DNA of 64,000 nt from an uncultured virus (IMG/VR IMGVR_UViG_3300021185_002503) (Duplodnaviria > Heunggongvirae > Uroviricota > Caudoviricetes): IMG/VR virus record IMGVR_UViG_3300021185_002503; one strand, given 5' to 3'. Numbering within the stretch: position 1 is the first letter of the stretch; every line of letters starts with the position of its first letter. Of the stretch, positions 1-9,858 are shown in pieces. The translations under genes and the position numbers were made by a program. Below the pieces are notes generated by a model. The model searched no databases, was not told where the DNA came from, and saw nothing but the letters and a program-made list of their open reading frames with translations.

Positions 1-2
1 AA

Positions 3-855
3 GGACAAACCGGTGGAACTGGTGGAACTGGTCCAACAGGGCCAACTGGACCTACAGGACAAAAAGGAGCAACAGGGTCAACAGGGCCAGGCGGTGCAAC
101 AGGACCAGGCGGAGCTACAGGACCTACTGGTGCTAAAGGACCAACAGGGTCAACAGGGCCAGCTGGAAGTAATGGTTCTAATGGAGCTAAAGGACAGAAA
201 GGTGCTGCAGGTAGTAATGGTGGAACTGGACCAACAGGGCCAACTGGAGCTAAAGGTCCAACAGGCGGAACAGGACCAACTGGTCCAACAGGAGCTAAAG
301 GACCGACTGGTTCAACGGGACCTGCTGGTAGTAATGGTTCTAATGGAGCTAAGGGACAAAAAGGTGCCACTGGCGGAACTGGTCCAACAGGTGGAACAGG
401 ACCTACAGGACCAACTGGAGCTAAAGGTAATACAGGTGGAACTGGTCCAACAGGTGGAACAGGACCTACAGGACCTGGCGGTGCTAAAGGTCAGAAAGGA
501 CAGAGAGGTGCTACTGGACCGGGTGGTGGAACAGGACCTACGGGACCGACTGGTTCAACGGGTGGTACTGGTGGAACTGGAGCCAAAGGTCAGAAAGGAC
601 AAAAAGGTGCCTCAGGTGGAACAGGTGGAACTGGACCTACAGGACCTACCGGACCAACTGGAGCTAAAGGTTCAACCGGCGGAAGTGGACCTACAGGGCC
701 AACTGGTGGAACAGGTGGTACTGGTTCAAAAGGACAAAAAGGACAAAAAGGTGCTACGGGTGGAACCGGTGGAACAGGTGGAACTGGACCTACAGGACCA
801 ACTGGAGCTAAAGGTCAAAAAGGTGCTAGTGGACCAACAGGACCAAGTGGCTCAA
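3..855 (+). repeat. Collagen triplet repeat ([15 protein letters not shown])
   Basis: 9-nt periodicity with GGN at every third codon. Confidence 0.95.
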
Positions 856-1328
856 TAACAAACACATCTTATCAAATGACAGCACTCGGTGTTGGAACTG
901 GAGCTCCTGGTACAGGCCAAATTAGAGCAACCAGTAACATTACTGCTTACTATTCAGATGAAAGATTAAAAGATTTTGCTGGCACAATTGATAATGCTTT
1001 ACAGAAGGTAATGGAAATAAGTGGTTATTACTTTACCGAAAATCAGAAAGCAAAAGAACTTGGTTACGATAACGATAAATTACAGGTTGGTGTATCAGCT
1101 CAAGAAATACAAAGAGTACTACCTGAGGCTGTAACAGAAGCTCCAATCAGTGATGAATATCTAACTGTTTGGTACGAAAAGTTAGTACCATTATTAATTG
1201 AAGCAATTAAAGAACTCAAATCAGAAATCGAAGAGCTTAAAAAGAATAGTCACCCATGTAAAGAGCTTCATGAATTTGATGCATATCCAGAGCTTATAAA
1301 AAGAATTGAAGAATTAGAGAAAAAATAA
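3..1328 (+). CDS. Collagen-like (Gly-X-Y) tail fibre with C-terminal intramolecular chaperone (peptidase S74-like); 5' end lies before the window
   Basis: Frame from nt 3 reads [24 protein letters not shown]... and is in frame with the 876..1328 ORF, which has the YYSDERLK autocleavage motif and a C-terminal coiled coil. Confidence 0.9.
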   Translation, partial: GQTGGTGGTGPTGPTGPTGQKGATGSTGPGGATGPGGATGPTGAKGPTGSTGPAGSNGSNGAKGQKGAAGSNGGTGPTGPTGAKGPTGGTGPTGPTGAKGPTGSTGPAGSNGSNGAKGQKGATGGTGPTGGTGPTGPTGAKGNTGGTGPTGGTGPTGPGGAKGQKGQRGATGPGGGTGPTGPTGSTGGTGGTGAKGQKGQKGASGGTGGTGPTGPTGPTGAKGSTGGSGPTGPTGGTGGTGSKGQKGQKGATGGTGGTGGTGPTGPTGAKGQKGASGPTGPSGSITNTSYQMTALGVGTGAPGTGQIRATSNITAYYSDERLKDFAGTIDNALQKVMEISGYYFTENQKAKELGYDNDKLQVGVSAQEIQRVLPEAVTEAPISDEYLTVWYEKLVPLLIEAIKELKSEIEELKKNSHPCKELHEFDAYPELIKRIEELEKK

Positions 1329-1331
1329 CTG

Positions 1332-1339
1332 TATAAATA
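1332..1339 (+). promoter_or_regulatory. T4-type late promoter TATAAATA; further copies at about 3829, 3841, 8262, 9792, 12097, 13668, 17046, 20396, 29091, 31100, 31705, 34363, 50667, 52356, 55409, 61671
   Basis: Exact gp55 consensus, mostly immediately upstream of structural genes; gp55 is encoded in the window. Confidence 0.85.
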
Positions 1340-1344
1340 ATATT

Positions 1345-1932
1345 ATGAATGTAAGTGTACCGGCTTGGTTGTACCAAGACCAATATTTTTCAAAGCAATT
1401 TTGTGATGATTTAGTGAACTATTGCGACAATCATTTAGAATTAAAATCAGCTAGTGTTGGCCACGACCCTAATGTCGAGCTTGATACTACTGGAGTTAGA
1501 AGTTCTATTACTGGTTGGTTGCAAGATAGAAACGATTATGAAAAATCTGTAAAACAAGAAGTATATAATCTATTTCATAGTTGGAATCAAAGTTTTAATT
1601 TCGAATTAACTAATATTTACGATATGCAATATACTGTCTATCCTGCTGAGGATAAAGGATATTATAATTGGCATGTTGACTCTTGGTATGGAAGTAATGG
1701 TAGTAATGAAGATAGAAAATTAAGCTTAAGCATTCAACTATCAGACCCATCTGATTATCAAGGTGGAGAATTTGAAACTGAAGATTCATTTACAGCTATA
1801 CCATCTAATGAAATAAGAAATAGGGGAACCGCTATAATGTTCCCATCATACATAAGACATAGAGTTTTACCAGTCACAAAAGGCGTAAGGAAATCTCTAG
1901 TTGTTTGGATTGAAGGACCTAATTGGAAATGA
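1345..1932 (+). CDS. 2OG-Fe(II) oxygenase (prolyl-hydroxylase/PKHD-like)
   Basis: WHVD...HRV...RKSLV: HxD...H iron triad and R-x-S 2OG-binding motif. Confidence 0.85.
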   Translation: MNVSVPAWLYQDQYFSKQFCDDLVNYCDNHLELKSASVGHDPNVELDTTGVRSSITGWLQDRNDYEKSVKQEVYNLFHSWNQSFNFELTNIYDMQYTVYPAEDKGYYNWHVDSWYGSNGSNEDRKLSLSIQLSDPSDYQGGEFETEDSFTAIPSNEIRNRGTAIMFPSYIRHRVLPVTKGVRKSLVVWIEGPNWK

Positions 1933-3812
1933 AAAAACTAGTAATAAATTTAAAAAGACGAACTGACAGAAAAGAATTATTTGAAAAAAATAATTTAAAA
2001 GACTATACGTATATTGATGGTGTTGATGGCGAAGAAATGGATATGCAAACTTTAGTCAGACATGGGTGGAATATCGATACAACATGGAGAGACCCATATA
2101 AAGATAGAAAAATGCAGAAAGGTGAAGTTGGTTGTACATTAAGTCATTACGCAGCTTGGAAAGCTATAGCAGAAGGTGATGAACCAGTTATTGTTATGGA
2201 AGACGATTGTTGGATTAGAAATCCAGAAAGATATAATGAAGAAGAAGTAGAAACTTTATTAGACAGTTATGACATTGTATATCTACAGCATAATGAAAAT
2301 GAACCAGGGTTAGAAAAAGTAATTGATGATAACTTAGTAGTACCTTATTATCCATATAACCTTACAGCTTATGCAATGTATCCTGAGACTGCAAGTATAA
2401 TTATAGAAAAGTTTGGTAGAACTTTAATACCTTCAGATGAGCATATTCCAAAATTAATTATGAATGGTACATTGTCATCAGTAGGTTATACAGACAGCAC
2501 AGAAAATCCACAGCCTTGTTGGCAACATTTTAGAAGTCAAGTAGCTTCTGATATTGAAGTCGGACATGAGAATGCTTTCCACGACTTTACAAATATACAC
2601 TTTACTACAATTGGTACTGATAGACATAAACTCGTAGACTTAAATGATTCTGCTATTCATAATGGAATATACTTAAAAAATCTAGGTAATAACTTTGATT
2701 GGTTTAGTCCTATGACTCATCGCGATGGTGGTAAAAAAGTTTATTTACAAAAAGAATTTATTAATCAACTAGCTCCAACAGATTTAGTTTTCTTTACTGA
2801 TGGATATGATTCTCTAATATGTGATGATAAAGAAACTATAGTAAATAGATTTTTAGAAATGAAAGCTGATGTAATCTTTTCAGGCGAAAATAGTTGTTGG
2901 CCAAATGCAGAATGGGCTGATAGATTTGATGAGACAAAACCTTTTCCATATTTAAATAGCGGTGGCTTTATTGGAAGAGCTGGTGTACTACAAGATATTA
3001 TATCACATTATGATGAAAATGTACACGATGATGACCAAGCTTTTTACCAAGAACAATTCTTTAAAAACGAATGGGATATTATAATTGATAATACAGGTTA
3101 TTTATTTCAAACAGCTGATAAAGATATAACTACTCTTGATAATCAATTATATAATCCAAATACTAATAGTTGCCCATTAGTTTATCATGCAAATGGCGAT
3201 AATGATTTTAATTATTCAACATTGCAAGATGTAAAAGCTAAACTATTACCTTCAACTTTTCCACAGTTATATTTACCCACAGGTAACGAATTTCAGATTT
3301 TAGATAAAGATATGTTATTAGTTAAATTTATGAACCAATCTCAATGTGAAAGATTAATTGAAATGGGTGATAAATTAAATACTTGGGAGCCAATGCCGGG
3401 TGATAAATTTCCAGCTCAAGAAATTAGAATGAAAGAATTAGGACTATTTGAAGAATTAGAATCACATTGGAAAAAACATTTATATCCTATCATTGAAAGA
3501 TATTGGCATCCTATGGAAATGTATGGGTTAAGAGATGCTTTTATTATGAAGTATTCTGTAGATACACAAAAAGATTTACCATTGCATACTGATGCAAGTT
3601 TAGTTACTGGTTCAGTTAAATTAAATGAAGATTATGAAGGAGCCGATTTAATATTTCCTAGACAAGGTATTTCTAATAAAGAAATTCCACCAGGTTGGTG
3701 TATATTATTCCCTGGGGCCGTTACTCATGGTCATGAATGTACTGAATTATTAAAAGGAACTAAATATTCTCTTACAATGTGGTCTAGCAGATATACTGGT
3801 GATAAGTATTAG
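1929..3812 (+). CDS. Tri-domain GT25 (COLGALT-like) + PLOD-type glycosyltransferase + lysyl-hydroxylase-like 2OG-Fe(II) oxygenase
   Basis: INLKRRTDR/GEVGCTLSH/MEDD; FTDGYD/ENSCWP/YLNSGGFIG/DDDQAFY; LPLHTDAS/DYEG/FPGAVTHGH. Confidence 0.85.
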   Translation: MKKLVINLKRRTDRKELFEKNNLKDYTYIDGVDGEEMDMQTLVRHGWNIDTTWRDPYKDRKMQKGEVGCTLSHYAAWKAIAEGDEPVIVMEDDCWIRNPERYNEEEVETLLDSYDIVYLQHNENEPGLEKVIDDNLVVPYYPYNLTAYAMYPETASIIIEKFGRTLIPSDEHIPKLIMNGTLSSVGYTDSTENPQPCWQHFRSQVASDIEVGHENAFHDFTNIHFTTIGTDRHKLVDLNDSAIHNGIYLKNLGNNFDWFSPMTHRDGGKKVYLQKEFINQLAPTDLVFFTDGYDSLICDDKETIVNRFLEMKADVIFSGENSCWPNAEWADRFDETKPFPYLNSGGFIGRAGVLQDIISHYDENVHDDDQAFYQEQFFKNEWDIIIDNTGYLFQTADKDITTLDNQLYNPNTNSCPLVYHANGDNDFNYSTLQDVKAKLLPSTFPQLYLPTGNEFQILDKDMLLVKFMNQSQCERLIEMGDKLNTWEPMPGDKFPAQEIRMKELGLFEELESHWKKHLYPIIERYWHPMEMYGLRDAFIMKYSVDTQKDLPLHTDASLVTGSVKLNEDYEGADLIFPRQGISNKEIPPGWCILFPGAVTHGHECTELLKGTKYSLTMWSSRYTGDKY

Positions 3813-3871
3813 ATAGTATCTAAAATCTTATAAATAGTTCTATAAATAAACTATTATTATCGAGGTATTAA

Positions 3872-4621
3872 ATGGCAAAACCAAACAGCAGAACTACATT
3901 AATTGATTACTGCCTTAGAAATCTAGGTGCACCAGTAATTGAAATTAATGTTGATGAAGACCAAATCGATGATAGAGTAGACGAAGCTCTACAATTCTAT
4001 CAGCACTACCATGCTGATGCTATTGAAAAGGTATTTTTAAAACACCAAGTAACACAAACAGATATTGATAATGGCTATATTGCTATTAATGATTTAGTTA
4101 CTGATGTATTAAGAGTGTTACCAATCCGAGATACATATTCAGCTAATAATTTATTTGATATTAAATATCAGATGCATTTAAACGATATGTTTAGTTTAGG
4201 TTATATGGGTTCACTATTAGAATACTCAATGGCCCAGCAATATCTTTCAACACTAGATTTAGTTATTGATAATGACAATAAATTTATTTCTTTTGACAGA
4301 CATAGAAATAGATTAAGAATTGATATGGCTTGGAGCGAAGAAGTTTCAGTAAATGATTATTTAGTAGTTGAATGTTATCGTATCATCGACCCAGACACAT
4401 TTACAGATGTTTATAACGATTATTATTTAAAGAAATATCTAACTTCATTGTTAAAGAAACAATGGGGAACAAACCTTCTCAAATTTGAAGGAATGGTAAT
4501 GCCAGGCGGAGTTACATTTAACGGAAGACAGTTATTTGACGATGCAATAGCAGAATTAGAAAAATTAGAAGAAGAAGTTAGATTGAATTGGGAACAACCA
4601 ATCGACTTCTATACAGGATAA
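3872..4621 (+). CDS. gp13: Neck protein gp13
   Basis: LGAPVIEINV...QWGTNLLKF...PGGVTFNG; first gene of the gp13-23 block. Confidence 0.9.
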   Translation: MAKPNSRTTLIDYCLRNLGAPVIEINVDEDQIDDRVDEALQFYQHYHADAIEKVFLKHQVTQTDIDNGYIAINDLVTDVLRVLPIRDTYSANNLFDIKYQMHLNDMFSLGYMGSLLEYSMAQQYLSTLDLVIDNDNKFISFDRHRNRLRIDMAWSEEVSVNDYLVVECYRIIDPDTFTDVYNDYYLKKYLTSLLKKQWGTNLLKFEGMVMPGGVTFNGRQLFDDAIAELEKLEEEVRLNWEQPIDFYTG

Positions 4622-4624
4622 AAT

Positions 4625-5551
4625 ATGCCTAGGAATGTATATTTCTCTCAGGCAGTAAGGGCTGAACAAAATTTATACGAAGACCTTATTGTCGAGTCTC
4701 TTAAAATATATGGACAAGATGTCTATTATATTCCAAGAACTTTAGTAAATAGAGATACCATTTTAAATGAAGACCCTGCGTCTAAATTTGATGATGCTTA
4801 TTTAATGGAAGCATATATCGAAAACGTTGATGGCTTTGAGGGTGAAGGAGATTTATATTCTAAGTTTGGATTAGAAATTAGAGATGAAGCACAATTTGTA
4901 ATCTCTAGAAAAGTTTGGAATCATGCAGTAGGTTTAAGAGAAAATGCTGCCAAACCATTAGAAGGTGATTTACTATTCCTACCAATGACCAACTCATTCT
5001 TTGAGATTTCATATGTAGAAGACGATTCACCATTCTTCCAGTTATCCAATTTACCAGTTTATAGATTAGCATGTACATTATTCGAGTTCTCAGATGAAGA
5101 CTTCGATACAGGCATTGCTGAAATAGATAATAAAACTGTATCACAGGCATATCAAATTGCCATGAATATAACACTAGGTACTGGAGACCAACACTTTGTA
5201 GTTGGTGAAACTGTAACACAAGAACTAGAAACTGGCATTTCAATATTTGCTGAAGTGGCTTCTGTAACTAAGACATCTGGTAATTCTGGAAAAATTACAG
5301 TTGCTAATATCGGTGTAAGCGGTTCAGAAACTTATAGACAATTTGTAGCTTCAGCCACTAAGCCAATAGTTGGTTCTGAAAATAGTTACTCAAGTACAAT
5401 TACAAAGGTATATGATATAGGCGATAACGATGACGATAATGTATTCCCATCTGACGGTGGAGCTGATAACGTAACGTTTGAGCATGTAGCAGATAATTTT
5501 ATAGACTTTACTGAATCTAATCCGTTCGGTGACCCATCGGAGAGTTACTAA
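4625..5551 (+). CDS. gp14: Neck protein gp14
   Basis: ESLKIYGQDVYYIPR, SKFGLEIRD, FTESNPFG; synteny. Confidence 0.9.
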   Translation: MPRNVYFSQAVRAEQNLYEDLIVESLKIYGQDVYYIPRTLVNRDTILNEDPASKFDDAYLMEAYIENVDGFEGEGDLYSKFGLEIRDEAQFVISRKVWNHAVGLRENAAKPLEGDLLFLPMTNSFFEISYVEDDSPFFQLSNLPVYRLACTLFEFSDEDFDTGIAEIDNKTVSQAYQIAMNITLGTGDQHFVVGETVTQELETGISIFAEVASVTKTSGNSGKITVANIGVSGSETYRQFVASATKPIVGSENSYSSTITKVYDIGDNDDDNVFPSDGGADNVTFEHVADNFIDFTESNPFGDPSESY

Positions 5552-6315
5552 TGTTTGGAGGTCATTTTTACCACGCAACAACCAGAAAGGCAGTAGCTGT
5601 TTTTGGTACACTGTTTAATAACATAAGTGTAATCAGAAAAGATGGCAGTGGCGGTATACTTAATCAAGTAAAAGTACCATTAGCATACGGACCTAAACAA
5701 AAGTTTTTAGCTAGGTTAGACCAAGAGGCTGGCTTTGAAGCACCGTTAGCAATTAAACTACCAAGATTGGCTTTTGAAATTACTGGTGTAGAAAAAGATA
5801 CTAACCAATCATTAGGTAAACTAAATAAAATAGTAGAAGCACATGGTAGTGATGTTACAAAAAGAAAGACAATAAAAAACTATGCTTCATACAATATAAC
5901 AATGTCATTATATGCAATGGTTAAAAACCAAGATGATGGCTTACAAATTATAGAACAAATCATTCCATATTTCCAACCAGATTATACAGTTACTATTAAA
6001 CCTGTTGATGGTTTCGATATGAAACAAGATGTCCCAGTTATTTTAGACAGTGTAACAATTCAAGATGATTATGAATCTGACTTTGTTACAAGAAGAGTAT
6101 TAATCTATCAAATGGATTTTACTATGAAAATGAAATTCTATGGACCTACAGGAGATGTTGGTTTAATTAGAGAAATTAATGTTGATTTGGAAAAGTTTGG
6201 AACTAGCAATAATACAAACATATTTGAGGAGATGGATTTTACAGTTGGTAATACTGATACGGCAGAAAGTTATACCGTAACAACTACAATTGATAATAAT
6301 CCGTATGATGATTAA
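5551..6315 (+). CDS. gp15: Tail sheath stabiliser/terminator gp15
   Basis: FGTLFNNI, VPLAYGPKQKFL, QIIEQIIPYFQP. Confidence 0.9.
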   Translation: MFGGHFYHATTRKAVAVFGTLFNNISVIRKDGSGGILNQVKVPLAYGPKQKFLARLDQEAGFEAPLAIKLPRLAFEITGVEKDTNQSLGKLNKIVEAHGSDVTKRKTIKNYASYNITMSLYAMVKNQDDGLQIIEQIIPYFQPDYTVTIKPVDGFDMKQDVPVILDSVTIQDDYESDFVTRRVLIYQMDFTMKMKFYGPTGDVGLIREINVDLEKFGTSNNTNIFEEMDFTVGNTDTAESYTVTTTIDNNPYDD

Positions 6316-6740
6316 TGGAAAAACTAAATAAGTTAAAAGATTCTTTAGAAAAGAATTTGCCAGTGAAAAGACAAAAAGATTATGTTGATAAAAAAGACAT
6401 AAAGGACGATTATGAATTTTCAAGAGCAACATATAAAGACTTAATAAGAACTGGTGTACAATCCCTTGATGCACTATCACAACTCGCCAGAGAAGCTGAA
6501 AGCCCAAGAGCATTTGAAGTTTTATCTAAATCTATAAAAGACATTGGTGATACTACTGAAAAGCTTATGTCTTTACAGAAAGCTAAAAAAGAATTAAATA
6601 AAGAAGAAGATGACAAGAAAAGACAAGAGCAGAAATTAACACAGAATAATGTTTTTGTTGGTAGTACAACAGAACTACAAAGAGCTTTATTAGATACAAA
6701 TAAGGATAATATAGTAATCGATGCAGAGGATAAAGAATAG
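6315..6740 (+). CDS. gp16: Terminase small subunit gp16
   Basis: DYEFSR, ESPRAFEV, NNVFVGSTTELQ. Confidence 0.9.
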   Translation: MEKLNKLKDSLEKNLPVKRQKDYVDKKDIKDDYEFSRATYKDLIRTGVQSLDALSQLAREAESPRAFEVLSKSIKDIGDTTEKLMSLQKAKKELNKEEDDKKRQEQKLTQNNVFVGSTTELQRALLDTNKDNIVIDAEDKE

Positions 6741-8331
6741 CGAGTTTGGTTACTTAGGTAATCCTTCCGTCAAAAGAGACGGAGTAGAAACTCAGTTTAC
6801 AAAAGCAGAAGTACAAGAATACGCTAAGTGTATGCAAGACCCAGCGTATTTTGCAAGGACTTATGTAAAAGTTATTTCTCTTGATGAAGGTTTAGTTCCA
6901 TTTGATTTATATCCTTATCAGGAAAAGATGTTTGAACAATTTAAAGATAACAGATTTAATATTGTTTTAGCTTGTAGACAAAGTGGTAAATCAATTTCAT
7001 CTGTAGTCTTTTTATTATGGTACGCAATATTTAACCCAGAAAAAACCATAGCAATATTAGCTAACAAGGGTGCAGTTGCCAGAGAAATGTTGGCACGTAT
7101 TACACTTGCACTAGAAAATTTACCATTCTTTTTACAGCCTGGAACTAAAGCATTAAATAAAGGTTCACTTGAATTTAGTAATAATAGTAAGATTGTAGCT
7201 GCTGCAACATCTGGTAGTTCTATCAGGGGTTTATCTATTAATTTACTATTCCTCGATGAGTTTGCCTTTGTAGAAAAAGATGCACAGTTCTATACATCAA
7301 CATATCCGGTTGTTTCATCTGGTACAGACGCAAAGGTTATTATTACATCTACTGCAAATGGTGTAGGTAACGTATATCATAAATTGTGGGAAGGCGCGGC
7401 TCAAGGTACTAATGAATTTGTACCATTAAGAGTTGATTGGTGGGATGTACCAGGAAGAGACGAAAAATGGAAACAGCAAACGGTCGCAAATACTTCTGAA
7501 CTACAGTTTGACCAAGAATTTGGTAATACATTCCATGGAAGAGGTAATACATTAATTGACGCAAATCATTTAATGCGACAAATGTCTAGAGACCCATTAT
7601 ACTATAAAGAAAATGTTTGGATATATGCAGAGCCAGAACCAGAACATGAATATGTAATGACGGTCGACGTATCTAAGGGTCGTAATCAAGATTATAGTAC
7701 ATTTACAATTATAGATGTCACTACAAAACCATTTAATCAAGTAGCAGTATTTAGAGATAATACTTTATCGCCTATATTATTTCCAGACATTATATACAAA
7801 TATGCATCAACTTTTAATGATGCTTATGTAGTAATTGAAAGTAACGATGCTGGTTCAGTTGTATGTAATGGATTATATTACGATTTAGAATATGAAAATA
7901 TGTTTGTAGAATCTAGTATTAAGGCAAATGCTTTAGGTTGTACGATGACTAAAAGAGTAAAAAGAATTGGATGCTCAAATATAAAAGATTTAATAGAAAC
8001 AAAACGAATAGATATACACGATTCTAATACAATTGTAGAATTAAGTACCTTTGTGATGAAAGGTAATTCTTATCAAGCATCACCGCCAAACCATGATGAC
8101 CTTATGATGAATTTAGTTTTATTTGCATGGTTTACATCAACTGATATATTTGAAAATTTATCTAATATCGATATGAAAGATTTATTATTTAGAGAAAAGT
8201 TAGCAGCAATACAAGATGATATGCTACCGTTTGGTTATATAGATGATGGTAATCCAGTAGGTATAAATAAAGGTATAAAGGACGATGATGGAAACATCTG
8301 GTTCGAGCAAGAGTGGAAACAGAGCTTCTAA
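6721..8331 (+). CDS. gp17: Terminase large subunit gp17
   Basis: Walker A CRQSGKS, Walker B LLFLDEFAF, ITSTANG, nuclease VDVSKG and HDDL. Confidence 0.95.
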   Translation: MQRIKNSEFGYLGNPSVKRDGVETQFTKAEVQEYAKCMQDPAYFARTYVKVISLDEGLVPFDLYPYQEKMFEQFKDNRFNIVLACRQSGKSISSVVFLLWYAIFNPEKTIAILANKGAVAREMLARITLALENLPFFLQPGTKALNKGSLEFSNNSKIVAAATSGSSIRGLSINLLFLDEFAFVEKDAQFYTSTYPVVSSGTDAKVIITSTANGVGNVYHKLWEGAAQGTNEFVPLRVDWWDVPGRDEKWKQQTVANTSELQFDQEFGNTFHGRGNTLIDANHLMRQMSRDPLYYKENVWIYAEPEPEHEYVMTVDVSKGRNQDYSTFTIIDVTTKPFNQVAVFRDNTLSPILFPDIIYKYASTFNDAYVVIESNDAGSVVCNGLYYDLEYENMFVESSIKANALGCTMTKRVKRIGCSNIKDLIETKRIDIHDSNTIVELSTFVMKGNSYQASPPNHDDLMMNLVLFAWFTSTDIFENLSNIDMKDLLFREKLAAIQDDMLPFGYIDDGNPVGINKGIKDDDGNIWFEQEWKQSF

Positions 8332-9770
8332 TGGAAAAGTTTAACGATTATTTTACAGTAACAGAGCAAACAGAGGATATTCCTATTGAGGATATGCAAA
8401 TTGTCATATTAGGTTATGGTGATGCTGATGGCACGTTTGCTAATTTACTTAAAAAGGTTGCAAAGAAAAAGAAAATTTCATGTGAACTTATTGATGTTAA
8501 TGAGGCTTTCATTTCGGCGTCAGACGTTGAAATTGGTAAAGTAACTATTCAAAATTATGATGGTGAAGACAATTCATTAGATATAGAAACACGTAATACA
8601 CTTATTTTTGTAAGAGGTGGAGCTGTTGAAAGTTTAACTTCACAATCATTAGTATCATCTTTACAAACTATTGGATTTTTCTTGGTAAATGATTTAGAAT
8701 CTATGATGTTATGTAGTAATAAAATGTCAAACGCTATTGCACTAGAAAGAAATAATATAACCATACCTAAAACATCTATTGTAAATAATGTTAAATCAAT
8801 AGAAGATGCTCATAGAAGAATTGGTGGTAAATTTCCAGTAATTATTAAAACACTGACTGGTACTCAAGGAGTTGGCGTAGCTAAAGTAAACGATATGAGT
8901 TCATTAGTTTCTGTATGTCAATCTCTATGGAAATACGATGCATCTATTTTATTACAAGAATTTTTAGATGTAAGTTCAGATGTTAGAACTTTATTAGTAA
9001 ATGGTAAAATTATTGGTGCTGCTGAAAGGGTTAGACAAAAAGAAGAAAAAGATTTTAGAAACAATGTTCACTTAGGTGCAGATACAAGACCGTATAAACT
9101 ATCAGACGAAGAAAAAGAATTAGTTATAAATGCGGCTAGAAGCAGTGGAGCCTCGTATTGTGGTGTTGACCATTGTGTATATAAAGGCACATCATATATA
9201 TTAGAAGTAAACGGCAGTCCTGGTATTCGTTCTCACTTTATGGGTTACGATTATAAAACTCAAAAATCCACTAAAAAGATTTCTGATGAAGAAACAATAG
9301 AACATATATTAAACATATATTCAGATGAGAGAACCAGAAGAGCTTTAATGAGACAAGAAGCAGGGTATATTGAAAGTATACAATTAGAAGGTATGGAACA
9401 TGACCCTATTAGAGCAAAGCTTGATACTGGTAATAGTGCTACTGCTACTATGCTACATGTCGACACTATGGAAGCTGATGGAGATTTTGTAAAATGGACA
9501 AAAAATGGTTCATCTTTCAAAAGCGAGGTATTATATGTATCTGAACCACAAAGAGGTTTAAAACCATTTGATAGAAGACCAGTAATAGAACACACAATTA
9601 TATTCAATAATAAACGTTATAATGCAGAATTAGGATTATCTACCAAGGACACGGCGTCCGAAATGTTAGTTAATCGTAAATTAATGACCAAATTTAAGGT
9701 TGCAATTAACCCAAATAAACGCTTTATACTAAGCGATGTGGTAGAAGCAAACGATTCAACAGACCATTAA
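8331..9770 (+). CDS. RimK-like ATP-grasp ligase fused to a retropepsin-like (RimB-type) protease domain
   Basis: FPVIIKTLTGTQGVGV, LLQEFL, DVR, FRNNVHLG, GVD, ILEVNGSPG; C-terminal RAKLDTGN...RPVI...LVNR. Confidence 0.85.
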   Translation: MEKFNDYFTVTEQTEDIPIEDMQIVILGYGDADGTFANLLKKVAKKKKISCELIDVNEAFISASDVEIGKVTIQNYDGEDNSLDIETRNTLIFVRGGAVESLTSQSLVSSLQTIGFFLVNDLESMMLCSNKMSNAIALERNNITIPKTSIVNNVKSIEDAHRRIGGKFPVIIKTLTGTQGVGVAKVNDMSSLVSVCQSLWKYDASILLQEFLDVSSDVRTLLVNGKIIGAAERVRQKEEKDFRNNVHLGADTRPYKLSDEEKELVINAARSSGASYCGVDHCVYKGTSYILEVNGSPGIRSHFMGYDYKTQKSTKKISDEETIEHILNIYSDERTRRALMRQEAGYIESIQLEGMEHDPIRAKLDTGNSATATMLHVDTMEADGDFVKWTKNGSSFKSEVLYVSEPQRGLKPFDRRPVIEHTIIFNNKRYNAELGLSTKDTASEMLVNRKLMTKFKVAINPNKRFILSDVVEANDSTDH

Positions 9771-9858
9771 GGCTTATAAAATAGTATAACTTATAAATAA
9801 TACTAGTGAATATACGTATTATGAAACTTATTAACTAACTCAAAGAGAGGATAAAGCG

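Noticed and set aside
3..855. Possible CRISPR or tandem DNA repeat array
   Set aside because: The repeats are codon-level collagen triplets with synonymous variation; there are no constant repeats with unique spacers
13..858. 281-aa Q/L/V/E-rich ORF in the track
   Set aside because: Shifted-frame shadow of the collagen repeat; the Gly-X-Y frame from nt 3 is continuous with the chaperone domain
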